Positions 27,558-37,253 are shown, counted from the stretch's first letter. The stretch: DNA of 37,253 nucleotides from Candidatus Wolframiiraptor sinensis (GCA_023261815.1 JALNKA010000009.1:1-37253), one strand, 5' to 3'. The notes: a model not told the origin generated them from the sequence alone. Translations and numbers: made by a program.

Positions 27558-28530
27558 TTACCGTGCCCTTGACCTGCGAATCACCAGAATCGCGGCGATG
27601 ACCACCACAATTATTATCGCGATGATTATGATCGGTATCATTGAGGCCATTTCGGGGCCCGCGGCTGTGGTGGCCGGCGCCTGAGTTGTCATGGGGGTCG
27701 TCTTGCTGGGAGCTCCTGTGGTCTGCGTTGAAGCCTCCGTCTTGGTCGGCGGGCCGCTTACCGTTGATTCTATCGTTATCGTATTGGTTACGGTGCTACC
27801 GGGGATCGTTATTGTCTTGGTTATGATCGTGCCGGGCGCGGTTATCGTCGTGACTATAGTTCGGCCCCTTTCCTCATATGTCGTGGTGTAGGTTGTGCCG
27901 GGTATAGTCGTGGTCTTTGTGACCGTGACCGGCTCTGTGATGAAGAGCTCCGGAACCGTTATGACCGTTCCACTCACCGTGTATCCGGGCATGGCTATGG
28001 AGATCGTTAAGGGCTCCCTTGCCTCGAACCTATTTATGATCGTGAGCGTTATCGCCCTGCAGTACTTCATTATCTCTCCATAAACTGGGACCGCGATGCT
28101 GAAGACCGTGCTTATCGGCCCCATGGATATCATGGTCAGAGCCTCGACGTAATCCATGCCCGTCGTTTTCAAGGTCGTCCCGCCCTCAACACTCGTGATC
28201 GTCGTCTCATATGTTGCCGCCGGGATCGCGTAGGCCGTCGTTATCCCCGGGAAAGTCATGACCGGAATCGTGATCTCCGTGACCGGCTCGCCCCTAACAA
28301 CCATGACGCACTCCTGATCGGGTCTCATCTCGACGTAGATGAGCCTGTAGCCGCCGTAGATTATCGTCGCGGCGCCGGTTGTCCCAGGCATCTCCACGAT
28401 CTCGGTCGTCGTGCTCGGCGGATAAGTTATCACAGTAGTCGTCGTGGTGGTGATAACCTGCTGAGCAAAACCTATTGATAAGACACACAATATCAGGATT
28501 ATCGCGATTTGGGATAAGAGCTTACTATGC
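27558..28530 (-). CDS. Thr-rich secreted cell-surface protein with a C-terminal membrane anchor
   Basis: Signal peptide, very Thr-rich body with TxPG repeats, and a C-terminal TM followed by RRSRAR. Confidence 0.78.
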
Positions 28531-28689
28531 ACGCTTCAGTCTCCTTTAGTCACCGTTATCGGGGGATTATGCTATTTAAGCCTTTAAAGATGGCTCATTG
28601 CTGGCCAAAGATCCCGGCGGCGCCCAGCGCTTTTAGCGGTTACCTCAGCTCCGAGTGAACAGCTTATCTCGGGGCCGGGGGTTAATGGT

Positions 28690-29231
28690 GTGGGGTTGGC
28701 GTCCGAGGTGAATAGGCTCAAGACCGGGGTTAAGGGGATTGACGGCCTCATCGAGGGCGGGGTGCCCGAGGGCTTCTTGGTCGCCGTCACGGTCGAGCCT
28801 GGATGCGGCAAGACGATCTTCTCGATACACTTCATCAATCAGGGGATACTGGATGGCGATAAGTGCATCTACATAACGACTGAGGAGAGCAGGGAGTCCA
28901 TCGTGAAGCAGGCCTCACAGTTCGGGATGAATTTCGAGGAGGCCATGGATGGGGGCAAGCTGATAATAGTTGACGCGCTGATGGGCAGGGAGGATAGGTG
29001 GAGCCTCAAGTCGCTGGACATGGAGGCGCTCGTAGAGAAGATAATCGAGGCGAAGAAGGAGCTTGGATACGGCAGGGCCAGGGTCGCGATAGACTCGCTC
29101 TCGGCCTTCTGGCTCGATAGGCCCGCGATGGCGAGAAGATACAGCTACTATCTCAAGAAAGTTTTATCGAAGTGGGACTTCACGATACTCGCCGTGAGCC
29201 AGTACGCGATAACGACCGCGGAGAGCTTCGG
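28690..29231 (+). CDS. KaiC/RecA-superfamily ATPase, 5' part (exon 1) of an interrupted gene
   Basis: RLKTGVKGIDGLIEGGVP, Walker A EPGCGKT, YITTEES, Walker B AIDSLS and SQYAITTAESFG. Homology ends abruptly after FG. Confidence 0.85.
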
Positions 29232-29419
29232 ATTAATAGAAGTATCAGATCGCCTAGCCTCATCCTTCGATCACCCTCTCAGCCCCCTCCCTATCTATCA
29301 CTATTATCCCATGTTCCATATTATGAGGTGTGGTCGCGTGAGCTGTTTTCCTTTGCGTCCATGAAGCCTTATAATCTCGGCCATTTTCATCGGCTTTCAG
29401 GGGCTGGGTCGTGGAGGGC

Positions 29420-29581
29420 GTGAGGCTCATAAATTTGACTCCCCACGAGATAACCATTTACATGGATCGAGGCGCGGTATCCATACCCCCCAGTGGACAG
29501 GTCGCCAGGATCGGCGATGTGTCCATCAACCGCGTGGAATACGGCGAGGTTGAGGAGGAGTGCTTTGGGGATGCTGGCTAG
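29420..29581 (+). CDS. Short, probably truncated virus-like ORF (NLTPH motif)
   Basis: Own translation: MRLINLTPHEITIYMDRGAVSIPPSGQVARIGDVSINRVEYGEVEEECFGDAG. SD GGAGG and upstream TTATAAT. Confidence 0.5.
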   Translation: MRLINLTPHEITIYMDRGAVSIPPSGQVARIGDVSINRVEYGEVEEECFGDAG

Positions 29582-29630
29582 GGAGGCCGGCGGGATGGGA
29601 GCCGAGCTGATGAAAGGAGAGTGATGGGCG

Positions 29631-30464
29631 ATGCCTAGGAGGAAGGGTGTGGAAGAACCTGTTATTAGGAGTTTTTGGCTTAACAAGGAGGTCTACGAGT
29701 TTGCTATTGACCTACATCAAAAACTTGGCATCTCTGGAAGAAGAATTAGCAGAGCCCTTCTTGAGGCTTTCGGAATATTGATCCGCGAAGACACTATATA
29801 CAATTGGCTGAATAAAGGAAGGAGTCCCATAGGGAATTGTGTAGGCCTTAGAGAATGCGAGGAACTAGCCTATTCATTAACAGCATATCTCGGGGATGGG
29901 ACGAAATGTATCCGCCATTATAACGGACATACACAATACATACTGACTCTTAAAGTGACAGATTATGATTTTGCCGAATATTTTGGATATGCTGTTGCAA
30001 AGGTGGTGGGAAGAGAGAAACCCTATAAACCGATCGTCCTGAATGAACATCATCATAAAAGATATGGATGTAAGAGGAGATTTGCAGTTAGTTTCTGTAA
30101 TAAAGCATTTTATGAGCTGACGTCTCAACGCCCTTGGGTCCTATACGAGTTTATATTACGCAAGTACCCCGCAGTCGCAATTTCAGGCTTTTTTGACGCC
30201 GAAGGAGGAGTTTGGGGACGCTATATCGGAGCGGAAAACAAGGACTATGAGTTAATACTTGTAGTACAGCAACTATTAAGTGATCTAGGAGTGCATTCAA
30301 CGATATACTATAGGAGAGACAGAAACATATATGCACTACTGATTTACAGAAATGACGCAATAATCGAGTTCTATAGAAAAATCTCCTTCAAAATCCAAAG
30401 AAAGCAAGAAAAACTGAAGAAGCTGGCTGAAGAGCTATTTTTGCGCCAAACAATGTACGCATGA
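29631..30464 (+). CDS. LAGLIDADG homing endonuclease (two motifs) with an N-terminal HTH
   Basis: YSLTAYLGDG and AISGFFDAEGG motifs, LKVTDYDF, ENKDYELI...LLSDLGV and QRKQEKL. N-terminal SGRRISRAL...TIYNWL HTH. Confidence 0.88.
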   Translation: MPRRKGVEEPVIRSFWLNKEVYEFAIDLHQKLGISGRRISRALLEAFGILIREDTIYNWLNKGRSPIGNCVGLRECEELAYSLTAYLGDGTKCIRHYNGHTQYILTLKVTDYDFAEYFGYAVAKVVGREKPYKPIVLNEHHHKRYGCKRRFAVSFCNKAFYELTSQRPWVLYEFILRKYPAVAISGFFDAEGGVWGRYIGAENKDYELILVVQQLLSDLGVHSTIYYRRDRNIYALLIYRNDAIIEFYRKISFKIQRKQEKLKKLAEELFLRQTMYA

Positions 30465-30589
30465 AAAAGAGGCTCTCCCACCCCCATTTTTCTTCTTCCT
30501 CCCAACTTTCATTCTTAATTCTAACTTAATTTTTGATCTAGATTCTAGGTTTTTCCATGTTCAAGTTTCGATACTAATGTAAAGTAGTT

Positions 30590-30848
30590 ATGGGGAATAG
30601 AGCACATAGCGGATGGCATAATCAGGTTCAGGAGGGTTCTCAGGGGCGGAGAGCTGAAGAGATTCGTGATAATCGAGAAGATGAGGCAGACGAATCATAG
30701 CAGATACCTGCATGAGGTCGATATAAGGCCCGGAGTCGGCCTCGTCGTGCTGGGAAGGGTTGATAGGAGAGCCGAGGACTACAAGCTCCCGCCGGACGTC
30801 ATGAGGAAAATTCTCGAGGCAAAGCGGAGGGCTGAGGAGATACTATGA
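30590..30848 (+). CDS. KaiC-like ATPase, 3' part (exon 2)
   Basis: WGIEHIADGIIRFRR...IIEKMRQTNH contains the KaiC C-terminal motifs ADGII and KMR. The stop overlaps the next ATG. Confidence 0.85.
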
Positions 30849-31710
30849 TCTGGGAGGATGTCAGAAAGCATTACCTCAGGCCGGAGGTGAGCAGGGAGAT
30901 CACCGAGTACTGCGCGAATAGATGGGTTGCCATTCACTGCGAGGAGGCGCCGGATGGGGTTAGGCCCATGATCAGGTATTGGGGCCGAGGCAAGCCCCTG
31001 ACGATTGAGCGCGAGAACGATATCGTCGAGATCCTAGAGAGGTTTTCCTCGATGAGGCCGAGGGCATTCTACGCTACAGCGCACATTTACAGGAGGCTGC
31101 AGTCAGCCGACGATCTAGCTGACCGCGAAAATATCGCGCGATCCTCGCCCACATGGGATATAGACTCGAGGGACGGTGATTGGAGGAAGGTCGTGAAGAA
31201 GGCCTTAGAGATAGTGGATGAGCTGGAGAGGCATGGCGTCGCGAAGTCCATCTTCTTCAAGTGGAGTGGGAGGGGCGCCCACGTCCACGTGCACCCAAGA
31301 GCCTTCAGCGATGATGTCCTGCGCAGGATTAGCCCTCTCGATATAGCATACTCTGTTACACAGCATATCGCTTGCAGGATAGAGCCCGAGGAGGGTGTCG
31401 TCGTTGAGAACAAGATCGATGTTCAGAGGGTCTTCACCGCGCCCCTCAGCCTTCATAGATCCGTTGATAGGGTGGCCGTCTGCACACCCCCAGATGAGCT
31501 GAGAGCTTCCACGTGGACTGGACCAGTCCCTCCGGATACAGGCATTTCCCGCATGCCTGGCGCGAGTATGAGGAGGGCGAGGGAGATGAGCTCGCGGAGA
31601 AAGCCTATGCCGCCATCGGGCCGTATATCGCCGGGCGAGCCAAGAGGAGGCGTAAGCATAAGCCGCTTGATCAGGAGATTCTGGAAGCTTTCAGGAAGCT
31701 CCGGCTATAG
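30845..31710 (+). CDS. Archaeo-eukaryotic primase (PriS-like) superfamily protein, frameshifted at ~31501
   Basis: WDIDS, SGRGAHVH and TAPLSLH motifs. Adding one base in GAGCTGAGAGC joins it to the frame ending ...EAFRKLRL at 31710. Confidence 0.72.
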
Positions 31711-32424
31711 CATCAGATCGAGTATCAGCGCTAAAACGTCGCCAACTAGGATGTAGAAGATGAAGCCCGCGGTTATCGGGATGAGCAGCGGCAGGCCCGG
31801 CGTAATCCAGCAGTCATCTCGCGGAATCTCCTCGAGCTCGATGCCGAAGATGTTGAAGTTGAAGTATCTTCTTCCCTCGCGCTCGGTCTCAAGGGGGAAC
31901 CAGAATCGCCTCCTCCTAGCATTTCTAGATCTTATCCCGAAGAGCATCGCCGCGATCTTCCTAATCCTCTTCTCGTGCTCGAACCCCTCGAAGATCCTCT
32001 CCCCCCTGGCCAGGGCTATCAGATTCCATGCGAGAAGCGCAAGTAGTATGAGGAGAGAGAAGATTAGGCCGTTCGAGAGAGATGAGAGGCCCGTGAAGGG
32101 ATGAATTCTCGCGGGCGGGCTGTATATCGGGAGGGCAATTGAGATGACTATTATGGCCTTGGCATCAGCGCCCCCATAAAAGCCGAAGAAGTAGAATGCG
32201 AGTGCCAGTCCAGCCGAGAGCACTATCGAGATCAAGATCAGGAGAAGCCTATTGAGGCTCCACCATGAGATCAGATCCGCTCCGGTCAGGATCGCGCCGG
32301 CCGCTCCGCAGATGATCCAGACCCAGTCATCGACCTCTCGAGCGATCCAGTCCCTGTAGGAGGCGTAAGAGAGGCCCGCGGCCAGGACCCCTATTCTTAT
32401 CGGCGTCAAGACCTCCTCCAGCAA
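31705..32424 (-). CDS. Prepilin/prearchaellin peptidase (A24, FlaK/PibD-like)
   Basis: ASYRDW..REV, YGGADAK, WITPGLPLL and multiple TM helices. Confidence 0.88.
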   Translation of the reverse strand: MLEEVLTPIRIGVLAAGLSYASYRDWIAREVDDWVWIICGAAGAILTGADLISWWSLNRLLLILISIVLSAGLALAFYFFGFYGGADAKAIIVISIALPIYSPPARIHPFTGLSSLSNGLIFSLLILLALLAWNLIALARGERIFEGFEHEKRIRKIAAMLFGIRSRNARRRRFWFPLETEREGRRYFNFNIFGIELEEIPRDDCWITPGLPLLIPITAGFIFYILVGDVLALILDLML

Positions 32425-32430
32425 GCCATT

Positions 32431-33291
32431 TCAGCCCTCCACCCTGTCGAAGGGCTTCATCACCTGCGGTATCGTATCAAGGAGGTCGGTCGCTATTATA
32501 TGGAGACCGAGCTTCTCGGCTGCCAGCTCCCCAGCCCTCCCGTTAATCCACGCTGCTGAGGCCGCGGCCCTGAAGGGGTCAACTCCCCATGCGAGAAATG
32601 CCGCCACTATCCCCGATAATACATCGCCCGTTCCGCCTGTTGTCATTGCTGGCGTTCCGGTCTCATTCACGGCCGCTTCCACACCATCCGAGATCACGTC
32701 AATCCTTCCCTTAAGCAGGATCGTAACCCCGTTCTTCTCAGCCTGCTCCCTGACCACCTTGACTCGATCTTGAAGGCTGCTCGGAGCCTCTACTCCGAAA
32801 ACCCGCTTGAACTCGCCCGCATGAGGTGTCAAGACAACTTTACTGCCGCCGACGTGCTTCAATATCCCCGGATAGAGCGCTCCGGCATCTAGGACCAGGC
32901 CCTTTCCAGCCGCGACAGCCTCCCTGGCCACGAGCTCTATTCCCGGCTCGCTCCCAGCCTCAAGCCCAGGGCCCATGACTATGGAATCAACTCTCGGAAG
33001 AACTTTCAAGGCCCTTCTGGCCGCACCCCTAGTGAGCTTCATGTCGGTCAGAGGTATCACTATCACCGCGGGCGAGAGGGCTCGAATGGGAGCCGCGATC
33101 TTCTCGGGAACCGCGATGTAGACGAGATCGACGCCGCACCTCATAGCAGCCATAGCCGCGAGAAACGGCGCGCCATGATACATCCAGCTCCCGCCGATGA
33201 CCAGTACAGCCCCATTCTCGCCCTTATGGGAGTCAGCCCTCCTCGGCTTAATGCTCCTCCTAACGAAATCCTCATCCACGATCCTATACAT
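32431..33291 (-). CDS. nnrD: ADP/ATP-dependent NAD(P)H-hydrate dehydratase
   Basis: SHKGENG, IGGS...GAP, GPGL, LDAGA, LTPHAGEF, LKG and GGTGDVLSG. Confidence 0.93.
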   Translation of the reverse strand: MYRIVDEDFVRRSIKPRRADSHKGENGAVLVIGGSWMYHGAPFLAAMAAMRCGVDLVYIAVPEKIAAPIRALSPAVIVIPLTDMKLTRGAARRALKVLPRVDSIVMGPGLEAGSEPGIELVAREAVAAGKGLVLDAGALYPGILKHVGGSKVVLTPHAGEFKRVFGVEAPSSLQDRVKVVREQAEKNGVTILLKGRIDVISDGVEAAVNETGTPAMTTGGTGDVLSGIVAAFLAWGVDPFRAAASAAWINGRAGELAAEKLGLHIIATDLLDTIPQVMKPFDRVEG

Positions 33292-33385
33292 GCCTCGCTC
33301 CAGCAGTGAAGTGCTCGACCAATATATTAGGCCGCCCACTAAGATGAGATAAAATAAGATAAAATTGGAGTAAGGGCTCCTCCCT

Positions 33386-33688
33386 CTACTTCTTCTTCGC
33401 GGCGCCTTTCTTCGGCGCTATCTTTATCTCAATGGTGCTGACACTTCTCGGCCTGCCGTCTTGGCCAACTCTGCCCTCCTCGGTCCCGATGCTGACGCTC
33501 TGGATCTCAGCGTCCTGTACGAACCTCCTCGTAACAACCTGGGCCACGTCCACTGCCTTGCTTATCGCCCTTCCACGAGCCTTCAGAACTACGGTCTTGC
33601 CCTCGGAGAGCGGCATCGTCGTTGCCAAGACGTAATTCATCGTCGGCTTTCTCCCAATGAGGACGACAGCCTCAAATGTCTCGCTCAT
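33386..33688 (-). CDS. albA: DNA/RNA-binding protein Alba
   Basis: IGRKPTMNYVLA, LKARGRAISKAVDVA and VSTIEI. Confidence 0.96.
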   Translation of the reverse strand: MSETFEAVVLIGRKPTMNYVLATTMPLSEGKTVVLKARGRAISKAVDVAQVVTRRFVQDAEIQSVSIGTEEGRVGQDGRPRSVSTIEIKIAPKKGAAKKK

Positions 33689-33761
33689 TCAATCACCTCA
33701 CGCGAGGCTAGAAGTATTACAGGAATGTTAAAAACATTTCCCTCCCGGAATGAAAGCCATT

Positions 33762-34145
33762 CTAGCTCGCCGATAGGCTAAATGGCTTGCCCTTTCTTAA
33801 GATCTCCTCCGGTACGCGGGATCTCCAGGCCGCTAGGAACCTCAGATCATCATTCTGATCCCTCAGGTCGTCTGGAAGCATTCTCGGAATCTCATTCTCT
33901 ATGGGATACCAGCGGCAGCAGCTCTCACAAAACAGCAGTCCATCAATTATCTCCGTCCGCCAGCACTCGGAGCAGGCCGGCTCGCCTTCAAGCTCATCGA
34001 GGCGCTTTAAGGCATAACCGCAGTAAACCTCGCACTTCGCTGGATTCAGCTCGACTTCGATTCTCCGAGTCCTGAATACATGAAGCTCCAGCGGGAAGCT
34101 CCTGCAGATCGGGCATGCAAGCAGATCCATTAACCGATACTTCAT
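33762..34145 (-). CDS. Trm112 family methyltransferase activator
   Basis: MKYRLMDLLACPIC...EIIDGLLFC..C.RWYPI...IPRMLPD. Confidence 0.88.
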   Translation of the reverse strand: MKYRLMDLLACPICRSFPLELHVFRTRRIEVELNPAKCEVYCGYALKRLDELEGEPACSECWRTEIIDGLLFCESCCRWYPIENEIPRMLPDDLRDQNDDLRFLAAWRSRVPEEILRKGKPFSLSAS

Positions 34146-34257
34146 CTTAAGGCAATTAATAGGGTAGCGGATTTAAGAGAATTATCCCCAGCGGAAAGGC
34201 GTGCTACCGCATTTCTCCGCTAAGGTTTTTATCGAGGAGAGGGTTTAAACATGATAC

Positions 34258-35136
34258 TTGTCCAAAGAGACTGATCACGAGATTAGGGTGACGGCGAGGG
34301 CGTTTCTCCCAGTCGGGCTATCCCTCGCGTTAAGCTGGCTGCTCACGTTGCTCTCCAAGGGCGCTGAGCTAAGCCTTCCCACGCCGATAATAACGCCTAT
34401 CGAGGAGCCCGAGCCAACAGCTCCTCCAGTCGGGGCACTCCTAAGTCCAGCGCCGTACCTCAACATGATGATAGTCCTTGGCCTGATAACGCTCTCAAGC
34501 CTGGTAATGCTATACCTCGCTAGAAAGAGGAGAAACGTGTTCAGGATACTCGCCGGGATTCTCATTTGGCTAATTTCCTTCGGCGTGACCGTGATCTACC
34601 TGATTAATGTCGCTATGATGGTGGATTGGACCCTCCTCAGATTCTGGCTTCCAGCCGGCGCTCTCACGGCCTCCCTCATCACGTATCTCATGCTCAGGGG
34701 AGAGGGGCTGATCGCATCCATACCAGCCGCCTACATCGCCTCGGGAGCTGGGGCAACGATAGGCATGAGCATACCATATTGGACATTCCTGGTCCTCGTG
34801 CTGGGGATCTCGGCCTATGACACGCTCGCCGTCTACAGGGGCCACTTATCCACCCTGACCAAGGAGGAGGCGATCACGCTGAAGGGGCTGACGATCGAGG
34901 TTGATGACCTAGTGATAGGCTTGGGCGACCTCTTCTTCTACTCCCTAACAGCCTCAGCGATACTCCAGTATATGGGTGTGGTTCCGGCGGCCGCGGCGAC
35001 TATCTCCATCCTCGCGGGATACGGAGCAACCCTACTACTTCTCAGGAAGAGGCGAATGCTTCCGGGGCTCCCGATACCGCTTCTCTCAGCCATTGGCTCA
35101 GCGATAGCCGCCAGACTGCTCCTAGAGCTTCTCTAA
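34258..35136 (+). CDS. Presenilin-family (A22) intramembrane aspartyl protease
   Basis: AYD, GLGDL and LPGLP (PAL-equivalent) motifs, with about 9 TM helices. Confidence 0.88.
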   Translation: MSKETDHEIRVTARAFLPVGLSLALSWLLTLLSKGAELSLPTPIITPIEEPEPTAPPVGALLSPAPYLNMMIVLGLITLSSLVMLYLARKRRNVFRILAGILIWLISFGVTVIYLINVAMMVDWTLLRFWLPAGALTASLITYLMLRGEGLIASIPAAYIASGAGATIGMSIPYWTFLVLVLGISAYDTLAVYRGHLSTLTKEEAITLKGLTIEVDDLVIGLGDLFFYSLTASAILQYMGVVPAAAATISILAGYGATLLLLRKRRMLPGLPIPLLSAIGSAIAARLLLELL

Positions 35137-35269
35137 TTCGAGCTCACGAGTACGCAATCTCGAGCTTAATGCCGGGTCTGAGAGAGGCGTGATGACTTTT
35201 TTCCGTCAAATTAACGGGATTTTCGCTAAAGAATTATATGTTCGCCCATTTTTTGAGCCGTAGTCTGGC

Positions 35270-37076
35270 ATGCGGCTGGAGGCGGAGATTTCCACGCTAA
35301 TCCCGAGCATTGAGGAGATTACGATAGAGGGCTTTAAGGAGTCATTCAGGAGGATCCTGGAGCTTAAGCGGAGATGCGGAATAGAGCCTATACTCGATAA
35401 TCCGCCGGATCTTCTGGAGCGCGCCAAGCTTTATGCGACGAGATTCAGAAATGGATCCCTCGGCTGGGCCTCGAATATCTAGCATAGATCCGAGGCCGGG
35501 ACAGCGGTCATCGAGAAAGATGAGGATCTTAGGATGGAGCATAAGCTACTGATGCGGAGAGTTCTCGAGCACATTCTCGCCCAGGGACCTTTAATCAAGG
35601 TGGATGGAATACTTGGGAAGCCCGGTAGCAGGGTTGAGCTGAGGTGCAGGCTCTACTGCGACCCCCAGTTCCCGGACATAGCGCACAGGTGGAGCCAGCT
35701 TGCATTCCCAGGAGACCCGTCAAGAGATCCGGATGTCGAGCTGATAGATATACCCCATTATCTCGGGAACCCCGTGAACCCGGAGACCGGGAGAATGCTC
35801 ATGGTCCTCAGATTCCCGAACCACGACTTCACGATAGTCACTTGCTCATCATATCAGGGCGAGGTGAAGAAGGGGTTCCTAAGCCACTGGATACTCCACG
35901 TCTATAAGAGGGGCGGGACAGGCGAGCACGCCGCCCTCAGAGAGTTCACGGTGAAGAGAAAAGACGGAAGCGAGAAAAGGGTGATCCTGTGCATCTGGGG
36001 CCTTACGGGCTCGGGAAAAATCGACTCATGGGCTCTACGTCTGGGATAAGGCGAACATCGACATCTACATCAGGGAGTTCGGGATAAACCCGCTCGACTA
36101 CGTCAAGGATCAGGAGATCAAGAATGATGACATAATAGCCATCTTCGAGGATAGGGTCATCGGATCCGAGCGAGGATCTTGGACGAAAACCGAGGACGTT
36201 GATCCGAGGCAGGTGGCGATCTGGAGAGCCGCCATGTCGCCCAGAGCACTCCACGAGGATACGAAGTTCGACGAGAATGGCAACCCGTCGCTCGCCGGAA
36301 AGCTCTACCAATACTACGGCATGTTCAATAAGAATGCTAGATCCGTCTTCTTCCTCGATGATACGGGCTACTTCAATGGCGATGTTGAGTCGAGCGGGCC
36401 GATGAACATGGCGATCTTCCTCTCCCCCGGCTACTTCACCGACTACGCGTGGGTCAAGATAACTGATCCAGCCTTCGCCGCGAAAGTCCTAGCCGATGGG
36501 AGAACCATAGGGCACCCAGCACAATCGAGGGAAGCCTATGGAGTAATCTTCTCGACGAGATACTGCAAGCCGTTCACGATGGGGGTTCCATCAACAAGCC
36601 ATGTCATCGGGTTTTACGAGATGCTGAAGAAGAGAATTGAGCTGGGAGACCCGATAGATATCTACCAGTTCAATACCACCGGGAGGATAATCGCGGAGTA
36701 CCGGTGGACGAGGATCAAGATTAACGACGAGGAGCTTGATGTGCCTCAGCCGATATTCAAGCTAGCTCCAGATGGCGTGATGAAGCCCGTTGGAGGAACC
36801 TCTCCAACAATAGAGGAGACGGAGCTCTTCATACTCCAAGCGGCCCGCGGCGCGGTCGAATACGAGCCCCACCCAATCTGGGGCGAGAAGGTCCTGATAC
36901 CGGTTGAAGTCGAAGGATTATCCGAGAAGAGGCTTAAGGAGCTCCAGCCGACGACGTATCTCCCGATGAGCGAGTTCAAGAGATTGCTGGAGGCGCAGGT
37001 GAAGCTCAGCAAACATTATCTCGATAAAGACTGCCCAGGCCTCCCACCAGAAATATACAACGCAATGGACTTTTAA
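35270..37076 (+). pseudogene. ATP-dependent PEP carboxykinase-like gene disrupted by an in-frame TAG (35480) and a +1 frameshift (~36018)
   Basis: The fragments join to give YQGEVKKG, GEH, WGLTGSGK(S)TH, NDD and KNARS. 35270 and 35534 share a frame. Removing one A from GGGAAAAATCG restores GKSTH and links to the frame ending at 37076. Confidence 0.72.
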
Positions 37077-37149
37077 AATTGTCCAAGTTCTTTTTCCTGA
37101 TCATCAACTGCATCGATTCCCCTACATCTACCCTTAAAGCCCTGTCTTC

Positions 37150-37253
37150 ATGTGGATGGGCTTGATGAGCCCGAGGAGAAGAGCTGGGGATAGGGGTGAT
37201 GGTAGTAGGAGCTTCATGATAGGCCTCGCGATAACCTTGATTCTGCTGCTGGG
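37150..37253 (+). CDS. Possible 5' end of a secreted or membrane protein (runs off the window)
   Basis: Open frame ...SRSFMIGLAITLILLL with a basic then hydrophobic start. Confidence 0.35.
   Translation, partial: MWMGLMSPRRRAGDRGDGSRSFMIGLAITLILLL

Larger units (their letters stand above)
29232..30589 (+). mobile_element. 1358-nt insertion in the KaiC-like gene (candidate BHB-type intron carrying a homing endonuclease)
   Basis: Removal gives TTC GGA TGG GGA ATA GAG in frame. The insert is AT-richer than the host gene and its ends pair (AGTATC/GATACT). The boundary can slide up to 2 nt because both junctions share AT. Confidence 0.8.

Noticed and set aside
29233-29364. C-terminal extension of the 224-aa KaiC ORF (LIEVSDRL...)
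   Set aside because: This is read-through into the insert. The real C-terminus resumes at 30591.
29232-30589. Intein, group I intron, group II intron or IS as the explanation for the KaiC insert
   Set aside because: It is not a continuous frame and has no C...HN ends. No frame-restoring boundary gives a terminal G (group I) or a GUGYG start (group II). There is no transposase, terminal inverted repeat or target duplication.
31513-31756. Separate 65-aa gene at 31513, or a primase C-terminus running to 31756
   Set aside because: Both are explained by one frameshift near 31501. The 31756 tail is non-protein-like and overlaps the convergent peptidase gene.
35480-35482. Pyrrolysine or amber recoding in the PEPCK-like gene
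   Set aside because: No pyl genes lie in the window, many genes here end in TAG normally, and the same gene has a second lesion.

Overview
Archaeal chromosomal window, probably from a thermophilic TACK-group lineage (inferred from rpoH, PCNA, Alba, archaeal ppcA, a TackOD1 protein and intron-containing tRNAs). Most of it is housekeeping and metabolic genes: four tRNAs, methanogen-type SerRS, GGPP synthase, hypA with an Mrp-type ATPase, a gap/pgk/ppcA/pckA-like central-carbon set, nnrE, nnrD, prepilin peptidase, Trm112 and presenilin. Four things stand out. (1) A KaiC-family ATPase gene is split by a 1358-nt insert encoding a LAGLIDADG endonuclease. Its ends can form a relaxed bulge-helix-bulge, and exact removal restores the reading frame, so it is a candidate mobile archaeal pre-mRNA intron. 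(2) A compact IS110/Nop-like protein appears to lack the IS110 catalytic serine. It lies between a >650-nt very GC-rich structured non-coding region and a ~115-nt hairpin with two C/D-like kink-turns, suggesting an RNA-guided system. (3) An RHH domain fused to a probably inactive nucleotidyltransferase faces a bacterial-type GAPDH across a cluster of operator-like repeats. (4) There is an unannotated C/D-box sRNA. Two genes near the right end carry frameshifts or an in-frame stop, which may be sequencing errors or pseudogenisation. All calls were made by eye from motifs; no searches or folding programs were run.
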